From contig NC_043004.1 in assembly GCF_006345805.1 (NCBI RefSeq), positions 61,008,001 to 61,072,000 of the forward strand: a stretch of DNA of 64,000 bases, read 5' to 3'. The notes under the pieces are model-generated. The model did no database searches. It was not told where the DNA came from and saw nothing but the letters and a program-made list of their open reading frames with translations. The DNA comes from Octopus sinensis. Taxonomy: Eukaryota. Below, in pieces: positions 26,468 to 39,945 of this stretch (the first letter of the stretch is position 1; each line of letters begins with the position of its first letter). A program made the translations under genes and the position numbers.

Positions 26468-27106
26468 CTATAGATATTCACAGACATGCATTCATACATA
26501 ATACATACATGCATGCATACAACCACACACATGTACGTATATATGTGTATGTATGTATGTATGTATGTATGTATGTATGTATGCATGTATGTCATTATTC
26601 AGTTTTATTTCAAGATTTCTTGCCAAGAGAGAAAGAACCAGTTTCAAACCTACTTCCGAGGCTGATCTACATAATCTACATGGATCTAATCTACATCCAT
26701 GTATGTATGTATGTATGTATGTATGTATGTATGTATGTATGTATGTATGTATGTATGTATGCATGTATGTATGCATGTATTTATGTATGTATGTATGTAT
26801 GTATACATCTGTTTATGCATGAGTACAGGTGTATAACTAGCAGGACAATTATTGGTATTACTAAAAACTGTAATTGTTAGTGGAGGGTTTCACTTGTTTC
26901 ATTTACCCTGAGAGTCTTCAAAGAAGCAAAAATCCTTTTGAAGTTGGGCGTAGTCAAACTTCAAATTCCGAACAGTTCGGAATTAATAATTATAAGAGAC
27001 TACAAGCAAACACCTTGTATATTGTCTACAGCCTCAGGCCGACCAATGACATCTGAGTGGATTTGCTACACGGAAACGCAAAGAGACCAGTCGTATGTAC
27101 GTACAC

Positions 27107-27167
<61 letters not shown>

Positions 27168-27169
<2 letters not shown>

Positions 27170-27330
27170 TAGCAGAGATACCCGGCGTTACCCGGTTACA
27201 TTCAATTGAAGAATTATACATTTCTATTATATTTTCTCTAATGAACTGGAATATATATGTTTCGAATTTCATCAAAATTGCAGATGAGGGTTATTTCCCT
27301 CTTTACACACCCTAAAAAAATTGTAATCGT
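27168..27330 (+). mobile_element. Helentron/DINE-like terminus; element may extend to about 28460
   Basis: TACTAGCAGAGATACCCGGCGTTACCCGG terminal motif; CCAAATTTCATAAAGATCC-type motif near 28365. Confidence 0.4.
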
Positions 27331-28455
27331 GCCACATGTTTCCCATACTACAGATTTTTATGCGCATATTCGAAAATTCCAGTCTTATTGAACCTGTTAA
27401 AAAGATTTTGCTCCTCAAAAATGAAGACCATGGAGCTCTAAAATGTGAGAGTTAAGGCCCCTGTTGGGGGTAGCCATCTTAGTGTCAACCAGAGAAGTTG
27501 AATTCTTGAGAATCTTTTTAACTTGGGTCTTATATCTATTATTTGAATTTCTTTGAAATAGGAAATATATGTTCACTGGGTTTGTAAAAGAGCGCAAAGC
27601 TACAGGAAACCAAAAGATGAATGATCAGAATAAGCAGTCAGTTACACTATCCACGTCGTTACCACTCCCAATGTAGGATTCCTCACCATCCAGGTGACAG
27701 GCACAACCGTAAGATGCATTACGAATCTATAGCAATTGGAAGGGCGTGACCCAAATGAAATAAACATTAACAACTGTGTGATGTGAGGGCTAAGGAGAAA
27801 CTAAAGTGTCACCTCTGGAGTTTGCAAATGACCACTATACTGATACGTAACTGGACAGAATATATAAATTTAAAATCTATAAATATCTTTGAATAACCAG
27901 TCACTCATCTGGGAAGGCCTTGAAATCAATGTTACCATCTGGGGACTATGTGTGACCGAGAGATAATAAAAAGACTGAAAGGAGGTCTGCAATCAAATAA
28001 CTTTACTCAACACTTTGCAACTGAATCAGTGGCGGCAAAGATGGCTCTCATTTACTCGACAATTTATGCACCACATTGCAGAAATCACAATGTAAGTGTA
28101 TGCAAAGTAAACTGTTACACTGTTGTACCATTGAATTTCAAATAATGCTCATCTTTTTATGCTCGGGTAACCCTACAGTTTCCAAGAGCAAAACTGTATT
28201 GGATTTTGCTTTGATAAAATGACAAAATTGTGGGTGTTAAGTCTTTCTAACTGGTAAGAAGATGAAATTTTATAAATATTACTTCATATGGTTAAAATTT
28301 CGTCAACAGCAAATATATATGGATTGTCATGGGGGTTATGGCCCTTATGCATAGAATATAATTTCCAAATTTCATAAAGATCCATTCAGTAACTTTGACC
28401 TAGTTTTAGATCATAAATAAATGACTAAAATTTCGGAGTTAAGGCTCCTATTAGG

Positions 28456-28515
<60 letters not shown>

Positions 28516-28787
28516 CGAGAGATACACACACACACATACAAAGATAAATTGATAGATACAACTGAGTGGGCAAACAAAAATATGAGACACAGCCTAGTGC
28601 TTTTTTATATTACTTATTCTATTAGTTTATTTTTGTGAAACCAGTAAGTTATGTGGATATAAATAAATGAACAGCAGTTGTGAAGCAGTGATGAGGGCGA
28701 AACACAGAGACAAAGACACACACATACACTTGCATATATACATACATATATATACGATTGATTTGTTTCAGTTCCTGTCTACGAAGT

Positions 28788-31496
28788 CCGTTTTGTCTCG
28801 GGAGACAATGGTGTTGTGCATAAAATAATCTAGTCCAGCTTTTACATTTCATGTCCTAATACATCTCCTGCTGTGGCTGTGTAGTCCTATCCTGTACAAA
28901 CACTCCCTCTGACAGTTGCCGCAAATGTAGCGAAGACTTTGCCTGGCTGGTTGTAATGTCATAGTTTCTTGTTGACGTCTTTTCTTGTCTTTCCATTTTC
29001 CTTCTCTCTCTATGTCACTCCTTTGTGTTCCCCCTTTTACGGTACGTCACCAATCTCCACGGTTGATGGCAACTGCTTCCCAGTTGGTAATATTGATGTT
29101 GCAGGCATTCATGTCCCTTTTGCAAACATCCTTGTATCGTAAGAACGGTCTTCCCACAGACCTAGTGCCCTTAGCAAGCTCTCCGAAGAGTATGTCCTTG
29201 GGGATTCAGCCATCTTCCATACGGCTAACATGTCCAAGCCATCTCATATGCCTTTGTGTGAAGAGTACAAATATGCTTGGTATTCCTGCTTGCTTGAGGA
29301 CATCTTTGTTGGGGACATGGTTCTGCCATTTGATGCGAAGGATTTTCCGGAGGCAGCGCAGGCGAAAGATATTTAGGCGATGCTCTTGGCGTGTGTTTGG
29401 CGTCCAAGTCTCACTTCCATACAGTAGAGTGCTAAGTACACATGCCTGGTAAATCTTCATTTTTGTGATCTTGGTCAGCTTATTGTTGTCCCATACCCGT
29501 TTGGAGAGTTGGGCCATCACAGCAGCTGCCTTGCAAATGCGTATATTGAGCTCAGCATCAAGGGATAAGTTGTAGGTAACGGTAGAGCCAAGATAGGTAA
29601 ACTTCTCCACCTCCTGTAGTCTGTGGTCTCCAATATGTATGTTTGGGATGTCCGATGTAGCCTGACCAATGATGTTGGTCTTGTTGAGGCTGATAACTAA
29701 GCCAAGTTACCACATGCTTGCTCAAAACAGTTGATGAGCCTTTGTAGGGCTTCTGTGTGTGATACCAGAGCGGCATCATCAGCAAATAGCATCTCCCTGA
29801 TCAGGACGCTTCTGACTTTGGTCTTGGCACACAGACGGGAGAGATTGAACAGTTTCCCATCATTTCTTCCGTGCAAAAACACTCCATCATCTGATGTCTC
29901 AAAGGCGTGTGACAGCAGCAGCGAGAAGAAGATTCCAAATAATGTAGGAGCAAGGACACAACCTTGTTTTACCACATTTTTTATTTGGAAGGCGGCTGAT
30001 GTTGAACCATTGTGCTGTATGATGCCTTGCATATCATCATGGAAAGATTTGATGATCCTCAGCAGCTTTGGTGGACATCCAATTTTTTGGAGCTCGATGA
30101 AGAGGTCTTTTCTACTTATCAAGTCAAAGGCCTTTTTCAGATCAATGAAGGCCATATATAATGGCATTTTCTGCTCTCTGGACTTCTCCTGAAGTTGGCG
30201 TATGGAGAATATCATGTCAATAGTCAATCTGCTACTTCTAAAGCCACACTGTGATTCTGGATAAATTCGAAAAGCAAGCAGTTGCAGCCTGGACAGGATA
30301 ATGCGAGCAAAGGCCTTTCCAACAGTGCTTAGAAGAGATATTCTACGGTACTTATTACAATCACCACGGTCACCTTTGTTTTTGTAAAGCGTAATGATGT
30401 TAGCATCCCGCATATCCTGAGGGACTGTACCCTCTTCCCAGCACTGACACAGAAGCTCATGAATGTGCCGAAGCAAGATGGTGTTTTTGCCGGTTTTGAT
30501 GATCTCTAAGGGCATACCGTCTTTTTTCGGAGACTTGTTACTTGCTAGGGAGTCAATAGCATTGGTGAGCTCTGCTATAGATGGCAGACTGTCAAGTTCG
30601 CACATGACTGGCAAGATCTTGACACCCTCCATTGCAGCCTCAGCTACCGTGGTCTCCCGTGTGTAGAGATCCTGGTAGAGATCCACCCATCTATCCATTT
30701 GCTTGCTTTGGTCCTTGATGAGATCTCCAGTAGTTGATTTCAGAAGGGCTGACTTGGTTGTGGATGGACCAAGGGCCTTCTTCAAACCGGCATATATCCC
30801 ACGGGTGTCGCCACTGTCAGCAGCTGACTTGATACTCTGACAGATTTCCTGTCAATACCTATTTGCACAGCGTCTGGCAGTCAGTTGGGTTTTATTTCTT
30901 GCCTTTCTGAGTTCTTCGAGTGACTTTGTAGAAGAATCACTCTTGTATTGCATCAGAGCTGCACACTTTGCTTCGATAATTGTTTCCAGCTCTGACAGCC
31001 CAGCACTGAACAAAATCTGGGTTTTGCCTTTCTCACATGCCGAAAGTATCTTTTGATGTGGTATACAAAGCTTCCCTGATATAATTCCACCTAATGGCAG
31101 CAGAGGAGGTTTGGCAGCTACTGAGGGCAACCTTGATAGAAACAGCAAAACATTGTCGCAGTGTAGGGTCCGAGGTTCTGGCAGTGTTCATGCGTGGTCG
31201 GCCCATTTTCTTGGAGTGATGGACTTTTTTAGGCAAAATCCTCACCCTGCTTTTTATTAGTGAATAATCTGTGTCACAATCCACGCTGTGGTAACTACGG
31301 GTCGGTTGAACAGAATTCAGAAAGGATCTTCGTGTAATGATGAGATCCAGCTGATGTCAGTGGTGAGATCTTGGATGTCTCCAAGATGCCTTGTGGGATG
31401 TCTTGTTGGCAAAGAATGTGTTGGTGATGCACAGGTTATGGTATGGGCAAAATTCAAGTAGTCTCTGACCATTGTCATTCATGTTGCCAATACCAA
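28788..31496 (-). mobile_element. RTE-clade LINE (RTE-BovB-like), 5'-truncated pseudogene: end of APE endonuclease, RT, and C-terminal C2H2-like motif
   Basis: ORF 29697-30785 has QCGFR, YMAFIDLKKAFD, VKQGCVLAP, LFADD; also EKFTYLGS, STLLYGSETW, CGNCQRECLYRIGLHSHSRRC; RTE-type 3' end CCATTGTCTCCCGAGAC. Confidence 0.95.
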
Positions 31497-31565
31497 AACA
31501 CATACACTTACATATATACATATATATATACGATTGATTTGTTTTAGTTCCTGTCCACAAAATCT

Positions 31566-31627
<62 letters not shown>

Positions 31628-31910
31628 GAATGTTTTGTATGCACACACACACACAAAGATAAATTGATAGATACAACTGAGTGGGCAAACAAAAATATGA
31701 GACACTGCATAGTGCTTTTTTATATTTTGACAGGCCCGGTACATATTCTATCAGTTTCTTCTTGTGAAACCAGTAAGTTATGGGGATGTAAATAAACGAA
31801 CACCAGTTGTGTAGCAGTGATGAGGGAGAAACACAAAGACACACACATAGACTTACATATATTCATACATATACATACGATTGATTTCTCTCAGTTTCTG
31901 TCTACAAAAT
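31497..31910. repeat. Direct repeats of the RTE left flank (28539-28787)
   Basis: 31497-31565 resembles 28722-28787, and 31654-31910 resembles 28539-28790. Confidence 0.8.
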
Positions 31911-32283
31911 CTGCTGACAAGGCTTTTGTTGGTCTCAGGCTATAGCAGAAGACACATGCCAAGTTACCAAACAGTAGGACTGAACTGAGGACCATGTGTT
32001 TTGGAACCGAGTTTGTTACCACACAGCCACACCTGCACTTATGTATGTGTGTGTGGGGGGATCGGTGTGTGTGAGTATGGGTGTATATATGTATGCATGT
32101 ATATATATGTATATATACGTGTATATATTACATGTACATCTATATATACACCTAGACATACATGTTTACATATACATGTATATCTATAGAAATACATCTA
32201 TACATATACAGCTATACATATACTTTTATACATATACATCTACATATATACATGTGTATATATATACATCCATATACATACAA

Positions 32284-32500
32284 TAGAGAAATGCTTTTGT
32301 TTCACTTTTAACACGTAATACTGAAATAGTGGAGAAGATGTGATATTGCTGTGGGCTTGCCCTAGGCAAGAAGTTAAACATTTTCTTTGCCCATGACACT
32401 ACAAGGACCCTAAGTAAGGCATGTGTAAACTTTGAATGAAATTGGTTGTGTAGTTCTCAAGTTTCAGGGATTCACACAGACAGACAGGCAGACACACATT
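32284..32500 (+). mobile_element. Helentron/DINE-like end, copy 1 (copy 2 at 33678-33870)
   Basis: TAGAGAAAT..TTTTAACACGTAATACTGAAATAGTGGAGAAGAT..GGACCCTAAGTAAGGCAT..CAGACAGAC..CACACATTCT..TTTTATATATATA is present twice. Confidence 0.6.
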
Positions 32501-32639
32501 CTAAGTTTTATATATATACTAGCATTATGACCCGTCGTTGCCGGGTCATAGTGCTAGTGCATGTATATATGTGTATATATATGTACATATATATATATAA
32601 ATCTACACATAAAATACAAAATACAAAGTTATATCTTGA

Positions 32640-33245
32640 TATCGCTAGTGATAACAATGCTCAAAATATATAACAGACTGGAATTGTAGGCCCGTCTCTT
32701 GCAATTTCGATCAATTGTATCTTGTCTTCCCTCTTGTATAGAAGTGTGGCTACAATCCAGCCTACCTCTACTTCTGGGGGGACATTTAAAGTTTTTAAAC
32801 GGGACGTCCTACGTCCCAGATATAAAGGTAAAAATAAAATATTTCCACTTTGCAAGGTTCGAGTCGAGTACTCCCTTTCACGCTCCGTTGACTCGAACCT
32901 TGCTTCTAGTGTGGCGAATTTACCGCCTCTGGTTAGATACTTGATATCTTTCATAGTCGCACCAAGACACGTTTCGATGGTGCTTTCCTCCAGGTGTTCA
33001 AATCTTTTTTTCTTCTCTACATTGTATACTTTATAGACAATAGTCTTTTCCTTAGTTTAATTTTTTATTTCGTATGGTGGTGTTATCCTAGATTCACCGT
33101 CTTTGTCGGTGATCAATCCGAAATAGGTTTGTATTTCTTCCATTTTAATTTTAATGAGTTCGCGCCCGCCGACGGCTGCAGCGAAATTCATTTTTGGACT
33201 TTCTTCTATCGAAGGCATTCTAACAAAAATGCTTCTGTATAAACG
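32640..33245 (-). mobile_element. gag/ORF1-like N-terminal pseudogene fragment
   Basis: MPSIEESPKMNFAAAVGG..ITPPYEIKN/..TIVYKVY/..IKYLTRGGKFATLEARF..LFLPLYLGRRTSRLKTLNVPPEVEVGWIVA. Resemblance to a non-LTR ORF1 RRM-like region is from memory only. Confidence 0.45.
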
Positions 33246-34120
33246 GTGAAAATATTGTCAATTTCACCAAACAGGGACACAATTCAATTTTTAAACAATA
33301 ACCAAAGCTCCTTCTCCCAAAGGGGGAGGGTTACAGTTTACAATTATTTAACAAATGTAACACAACAACGTTTCCCTTACGAGGAACCAACAAACGTGAT
33401 AACAATAGTTAAACAGTAATAATAATAATAACAAACCTTGCGGTGAATCAAAAAGCAGTACGCAGTTGATTTAATTTAATTTATTCCCATTCATGTGAAA
33501 ACACTTATTCAAGTTCAAGTCATTGATGCAATTTTGTACCACTTGCTATTTTTACTTTTGTTATGTTACGATTATATTATACTTTAGTTTGATTTTAATT
33601 ATTACTTACTACATATAATTTAATTGTTATTATTATCTCTAATTTTTATTGTTAAAGTGAAAGTATCTGACATAAAATAGAGAAATATTTTTGTTTCACT
33701 TTTAACACGTAATACTGAAATAGTGGAGAAGATATGATATTGCTATGGGCTCGCCCTAGGCAAGAAGTTGAACATTTTTTTTGTCCATGAAACTACATGG
33801 ACCCTAAGTAAGGCATATATAAAATTTGAATGACAGACAGACAGACACACATTCTCAGTTTTATATATATATAGATATATATATATATAAAGTGAGTGGT
33901 TATGTGTGTTTGTGTGTATGTGTGTGTGTGTGTATGTGTGGTGTCTTTGCGTCAGTGTTTATTCACCACTTCCGCTTGACAGCTGGTTTGGCAAAAGATC
34001 AGGCTTTGAAAAATCTTAGGACTGGTGTCGATACGTTCGACTAAAATTCTTCAAGGCATTGCTCAGCATGGTTGCAGTTTAATGACTGAAGCAATTATAA
34101 GAATGAAATAATATATATGT

Positions 34121-34211
34121 GACACCTTAAGCAAGTGTCTTCTACTATAGACTAGGGCCGACCGAAGCCTTGTGATTGAATTTGGTAGAATGCAACCGAA
34201 AGAAGCACGTC

Positions 34212-34245
<34 letters not shown>

Positions 34246-34400
34246 GTGTGTGTGTGTGTGTGTGAGTGTGTATGTGTGTTTGTCTCCCCAACATCGCTTG
34301 ATAATCGATGCTGGTGTGTTGAGGTACCCGTAAACTAGCAGTTCGACAAAAGAGACCGATAGAATAAGTATTAGGCTTACAAAGAATAAGTTCTGGGTAT
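34121..34400 (+). mobile_element. SINE family B, partial
   Basis: CACCTTAAGCAAGTGTCTTCTACTATAG..GACCGATAGAATAAGTATTAGGCTTAC. Confidence 0.8.
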
Positions 34401-35567
34401 GAATATGCTGGTAGAAAAAGTAAGTCCAGATTACAATAAGTGCCAACAATCTCATCCATGTTGGTCTACCTCCACTTAAAGTTGACCCTTCTAGTCCTAC
34501 CCACTTAGGAACAACACTACCCCACTGTAGAATTTAATTTAATGTACTCAATGTTAACTTACCCCACTCCTGATTATATAGGTCTGTACTTGGACACTAC
34601 AGTAGCTGACTTCCCTTGAGTTTACTATGTATGATTGAAAGTGTATTCTGGTGGTAGACCCAGTATGGTTGAACCCACGTAAGGGTTAATATAATTAATA
34701 AATTTATTGATATGAACAATCTAATTTTTATGATAATATAATACATATTAAGTAAGATTTAGTAAACCGTGTTGGGACATGGAGTTTGTAACCATGGTGG
34801 TAATTAGCATGTTATTTAATTTTAATCGCTTAAATGTTTGTGGTTTCGTGGTTTTGTGCTTTTGCCCTTTCATGTACCTACGTGTACACATTTACTTGTT
34901 CATCCATTATTACCATCATTAGGAATTTTACTGTCTATCTAGTGAGTAAGACTCAGCTTTATAGTTCTGTAGGTAATTCTGCTCGCATGCACCTTTCGTA
35001 TTAGTTGTCTCCCCTTACTATAAAAAAAATTTCAGCACTTGAACTGATAGTTTTTTATCTATTTATTTTATTCCTATTTATGTTATGTTCAGAAGTTACA
35101 AAAGGCCATAAGCAGCCTCGTGCAAATTATATCCCAATTTTCTCCCCTGCACCCTCCATTTTACTAGTTCGTATTCTTCTTTATTTACATATCCCCCGTA
35201 ACAGTCGTAACTTTGCCCTTGCTTCAAATATATTTGACCAGTTGTAGAGATGGATACACGTTGATCAATTCCATTGTGGACAACAGTTGGTGGTCTCTGC
35301 AATATTTCAGTAGGCATTCCATTATAAGAACCCTACGGTTTTGTTTGTAGATAGATATTAACTAACCCTATTTACTATATCATAAGTACTTTCTTTTCTA
35401 GACATATTGGTAACTCTTGTTTAATTTTAATACTAACTTATTTTCAATAATATTCAAACACACTTCTTTATAGAGAAATTACCCGGTATGATTTTAATAT
35501 ATTGAGTCTTCTAGAGGCGTTGTTCTTTCATATTCCGTCTTCTCTTCGTTTGTTTTACGCATTTGTA

Positions 35568-35686
35568 TTGACTCTGATGAAGCTCCATGTACTAGATCGA
35601 ATCTGCTATGAACATGACGAATACTATTTTCGAATTTCTTTCGTAGGCACCGACTAACATTGTGAGTGGAAACGGCCGTAAGAAAT
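35568..35686 (+). ncRNA. Hammerhead ribozyme-like motif with intact core and long stem II
   Basis: CT-CTGATGA-A-GCTC..(about 78 nt)..GAGT-G-GAAA-CGGCCG-TA-AG. Helix III is palindromic (CGGCCG) and the triplet is GUA; stem I is only 2 bp in this copy. Confidence 0.5.
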
Positions 35687-35884
35687 GTTTTGTCCTATTT
35701 TGTATTAAAAAATAATCAACCGATGTGGTTCAATTTGTTTGTTGATCAAAAGTTTTCTCCATTTTCTGATTATTTAAACTTGATTCCCGATAAACCTCTC
35801 TTTATTCTGTACCCTATGAGCATAGTATACCTACATACCCATGCCCAGGGATAGCACAGGTAATTGATACCGATAGTAAATAAG

Positions 35885-35934
<50 letters not shown>

Positions 35935-36849
35935 ATATGTGTGTGTGTACATAGAAGCACATACATATAAATACATGCCGACATCAGGTTGGTTGAGTCG
36001 TCTGGCTCTGTGTTCTGTTTTCGAAGTTTTAAATGTTAATTTTTATCTTTACTCACCAGAATTAAATGGTCATTTTTGAATAAGGTAACCTTTTTTTTTA
36101 CATAAAAGAAAATCTCTGAAACAACTGTAGTGAACTGCAACCCATCTGTATTACTCTATATATAAATACATGAATGACTATGGAAGCTATTTACTGAGAG
36201 TAAACCTTAGTTGGTTCCTCATAGAATACACATAGCGAGACACAATGCGTAGCGACGGTTGTAAATCTCTTTTTAGAAAGGAATATATAAAAACCATTGT
36301 ACAATTATTTGTATTTACTACTCTTTGTTCATAAATGTAAGCCAAATCAAAAGAGAAGACGGTGAAGGAAGAATAACTCCACCAAAAAGCAAGTAACCTT
36401 AATCCCACATTCTCCTTGAACATTTATTTTAGTTTCAGAAGCATTAAAAATGAAACAAATGAATGCTGAGAATACGTTGGAGATATATTTATCTTAATAC
36501 ACATTTTAGAATTGTTATCGTTTTGTTCCGAAAGTGAAAGTAATCTATGATACTTCACGTTGAAATAAAATAATAAATACTTTGTTTCCTAACACATACA
36601 AAACAGACAGACAGACAGACAGACAGACACACACACACTCACTCATTCACTTGTTGGTAAAGAAAAAGTTGTTAATATATTCATACGTACTTCTATTTAT
36701 GAATATATATATATATATATACACACTGAAAAATATGTGTCGATGAATATTCATGATCTTATATTACTTACTTTAGTATTTTATTGAATCTTATCAAAAG
36801 ATGGTGAGAATACATTTGTTAGAAGTGCGGAAGAGTAGGTTGTATACAT

Positions 36850-36898
<49 letters not shown>

Positions 36899-37814
36899 AA
36901 TACACATAAATACATGTATGAATGCATATCTATGCACATATATATACACACACTCACATATATATATATTAATCATTGCATGTATGTATGTATGCATGTA
37001 CGTTTCTATTTATCTATCTATCTGTATATATTTGGTACCTGTATACGTCTCTTTGTATGTATATATGTAACTCTCTATTTGCTATTTTGTGATTATATAG
37101 TTCAGACCATAGCAGCTGAAATGTCTTACACACAACGTATATAATTCCTAAATTCCACTTCGGCACCCATAGCCGCACATACACACGGAAATGTATCCCC
37201 AGACACATACGAACACAAATACAAACACGCACACATATATATACATAGAAACAAACTTTTAGCATTTCGTGTTCACACAGCATTGACACTCGCACACACA
37301 TCTAGATATTGCAGTTCTTGTATGTACGATTATGTTTTCTTCATATGTCGTTAACGCATACTCATCACGCACGTACAGGGTTCATACATACACGTGCTTA
37401 GATAAACTCATATATACCGACACACGTATTATGCCACATGTAGTATAAACTTATATCTATTTATAAAATATTTCTAATTTTTAATTTATACTCCAATTTA
37501 TGAATATATTTATATCCATAAAATGTAGTATATTTTTAAACTAATATACGTATGACTATGAATATTGAAAAGGTTATTAATGAAAAGGTTGCTTTCTTTC
37601 CGTTTCTTTCAATTCAGACAAAAGATATAACAGCTATCATGTAAAATCTTTTTTGAGTGGTGAGTGTGATAAAGGTGGTGGAGCGTGCATGAATATTCAT
37701 GCGTGTGTATATGTGTTTGAGTGGATGTGTACACGTATGTGCATGAATGCAGGTATGAAGCTATTTACATAAAGACATACATCTGTATAAGTATATATAT
37801 ATATATATATTAGC

Positions 37815-37985
37815 CACTACACATTCTTTATTTTATTTCCCTGTTTCTTTCTGTGTTCCTTCTGTGGATGAGCGTAGGCCCGAAACGTTGAAGACTTTTT
37901 CACTTCCCGAACGTTATACTAATACATCTGTTTGTTGTCTACACCACCTGTCTGCGTTTTTTGTTTTTTTCATGTGTCCTCCCTA
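37815..37985 (+). repeat. Short interspersed repeat with a hammerhead-like remnant; minus-strand relative at 41465-41580
   Basis: GATGAGCGTAGGCCCGAAACGTTGAAGACTTT..TGTTTGTTGTCTACACCACCTGTCT..TTTTGTTT. Confidence 0.6.
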
Positions 37986-38261
37986 TATATATATATATAT
38001 ATAATATGAGAGAATATCATTCCAAACTTATAGGGAAAAATTCAATTCAGAAATACTAAATCAAATTTCACTAAATGTAATATATATATATATAAATTAG
38101 AAAAAACACCTTTTATTAATTCAATAATGAAGAATTAAATTATAAAATCTAGAAAAGTACGTATTATAGAAATATTAATTATAAGATAAAAGATATAACG
38201 ATGATTAAGTAATGTGCAATATATATATATATACTTATATAGATGTAGGTCTTTATGTATA

Positions 38262-38773
38262 CCCTAAATCATCGAGTATAATCCGCATTTTTTCACAAAA
38301 TTTAAACCCCTAGTGCGTACTATATACGAGGTTAATAATGAAAAATATTTTCTAAGCAATGTCCGAGTCTCTATTTGCTGTCCGGCAATGTTTATTCAGA
38401 CGCACTTTGTGATGTCGGGTACGAAAATACCTTAAGTTAAGCCCGAAAGCAATGAAGTAATAAAATATCATCCATACCTTGCAGTAAACAACATTTATTA
38501 AAATAAAAGTATTCAGAACACAGAATAACATGTAGCAAAAATAATTTGCAAGCATATTTACATTTCCATATAACAGTTAAGAACATCACTATTATTGTAT
38601 TACGCTTGCGCGGAAGTGTTTGTTCGACTAGGTGCTGCTGGCTTAATTATGCACAACTCAATTAGAGAAGGGGTGCGTATTATACACAAGGTTTAGGTTT
38701 TTCAGAGGTACCGCCCTCTAAAAATCCCCTGCGTATTATACTCAAGAGTGGACTATACTCGGGGATTTACGGG
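38262..38773. mobile_element. pogo/Tigger-like MITE, about 510 bp
   Basis: TIRs TA-CCCTAAATCATCGAGTATAATCCGC / GTGGACTATACTCGGGGATTTACGGGA-TA. Confidence 0.7.
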
Positions 38774-38794
38774 ATATATGCATATCATGAATTG

Positions 38795-39022
38795 AGCTTT
38801 GGGTCCTTGAGCAAAACACCTAATTTCACGTTGCACCAGTCCACTCAGCAGACGAAATAAATGAGTGGTACCTGTATTTCACAGACGCCATTCTGTGTTA
38901 CGCAGAATTACCCTGGTTACTACGCGTGTCTTTGGAATACTCAGCCACTTGCATGTTAACTTCACGAGCAGACTGTTTCGTTAATCGATTACCTGGAACC
39001 CTCGTAACCGACGAAGTACCAG
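38795..39022 (+). mobile_element. Degenerate SINE with a family E-like middle and a family C-like tail
   Basis: CTTGAGCAAAACACCTAATTTCACGTTGC..CTCAGCCACTTGCATGTTAACTTCACGAGCAG. Confidence 0.65.
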
Positions 39023-39557
39023 TTATATATATGCATGTATGTATGTAAGTATGTATTTATATTCTTTTATATGTTTCAAGCTGTGTATATTTATGTTTAT
39101 GTATGTACATATACATCTATATTTCTGTCTATGTATTTATCCATATTTATGGAGAGAAAGATAAATCAATACATAAACACACATGCACACATGCACGTGC
39201 AAGTGAGCTCCCACACATATGTGAAAACATTAGGCTGTTTAATTATGGTGTCCGATTTGCTATCATAGAGTCGTGGACTAAATTCTTGAACGGTAGGTAC
39301 ATTTCTCTCTTAAGAAACGAACATCATTTTACCCTGATTTCGTTTACTCATCTCGCAATCAATACCAGCAGACTGGCTGTGCAGCCCGCCTCTTCCAGCT
39401 GCAGGTGTTAAATACTCAATACTCCGCTGGCTTATGTGCAGAAGGGCCAATTGTCTATGTTTGCTCGCGACGTAATATGCACGCACCCAAAATAGTTAGC
39501 AAAAAACATGGCTAGCAGGTCACAGACACTTGCAAGTGACAGCTAGCATGTATATAT

Positions 39558-39616
<59 letters not shown>

Positions 39617-39646
39617 ATACATATATATATATAACATATGTATGTA

Positions 39647-39697
<51 letters not shown>

Positions 39698-39789
39698 ATT
39701 GGGTATTGGAGCTGGGAGTCTGTATAAAGCTATAAAGATTTGTAAGTTTTGACACACGGCCAATAGCTTTTAGTTAGTATAGGAGAGTA

Positions 39790-39945
39790 TATTACATCAA
39801 CTCCGGTATTTATTGTATCAACCTCGAAAGGATGAATGACACAAAGTTGACCTCAGCGGAATTTGAACTCAGAACGTAAAGATGGATGAAAATGTTGCTA
39901 AGCATTTTGCCCAGCGTGCTAACGATTCCGCCAGTTCTCTGCCTC
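39790..39945 (-). mobile_element. SINE family A, partial
   Basis: CAAAGTTGACCTCAGCGGAATTTGAACTCAGAACG..GCTAACGATTCCGCCAG. Confidence 0.8.

Noticed and set aside
27540-28120. Plus-strand exon candidates ending in GTAAGA or GTAAGT
   Set aside because: In-frame stops; it lies within a probable Helentron-like element.
36187-36423. ORF with a hydrophobic RLLAFWWSYSSF segment resembling iGluR M3
   Set aside because: No SYTANLAAF-like motif and weak splice signals.
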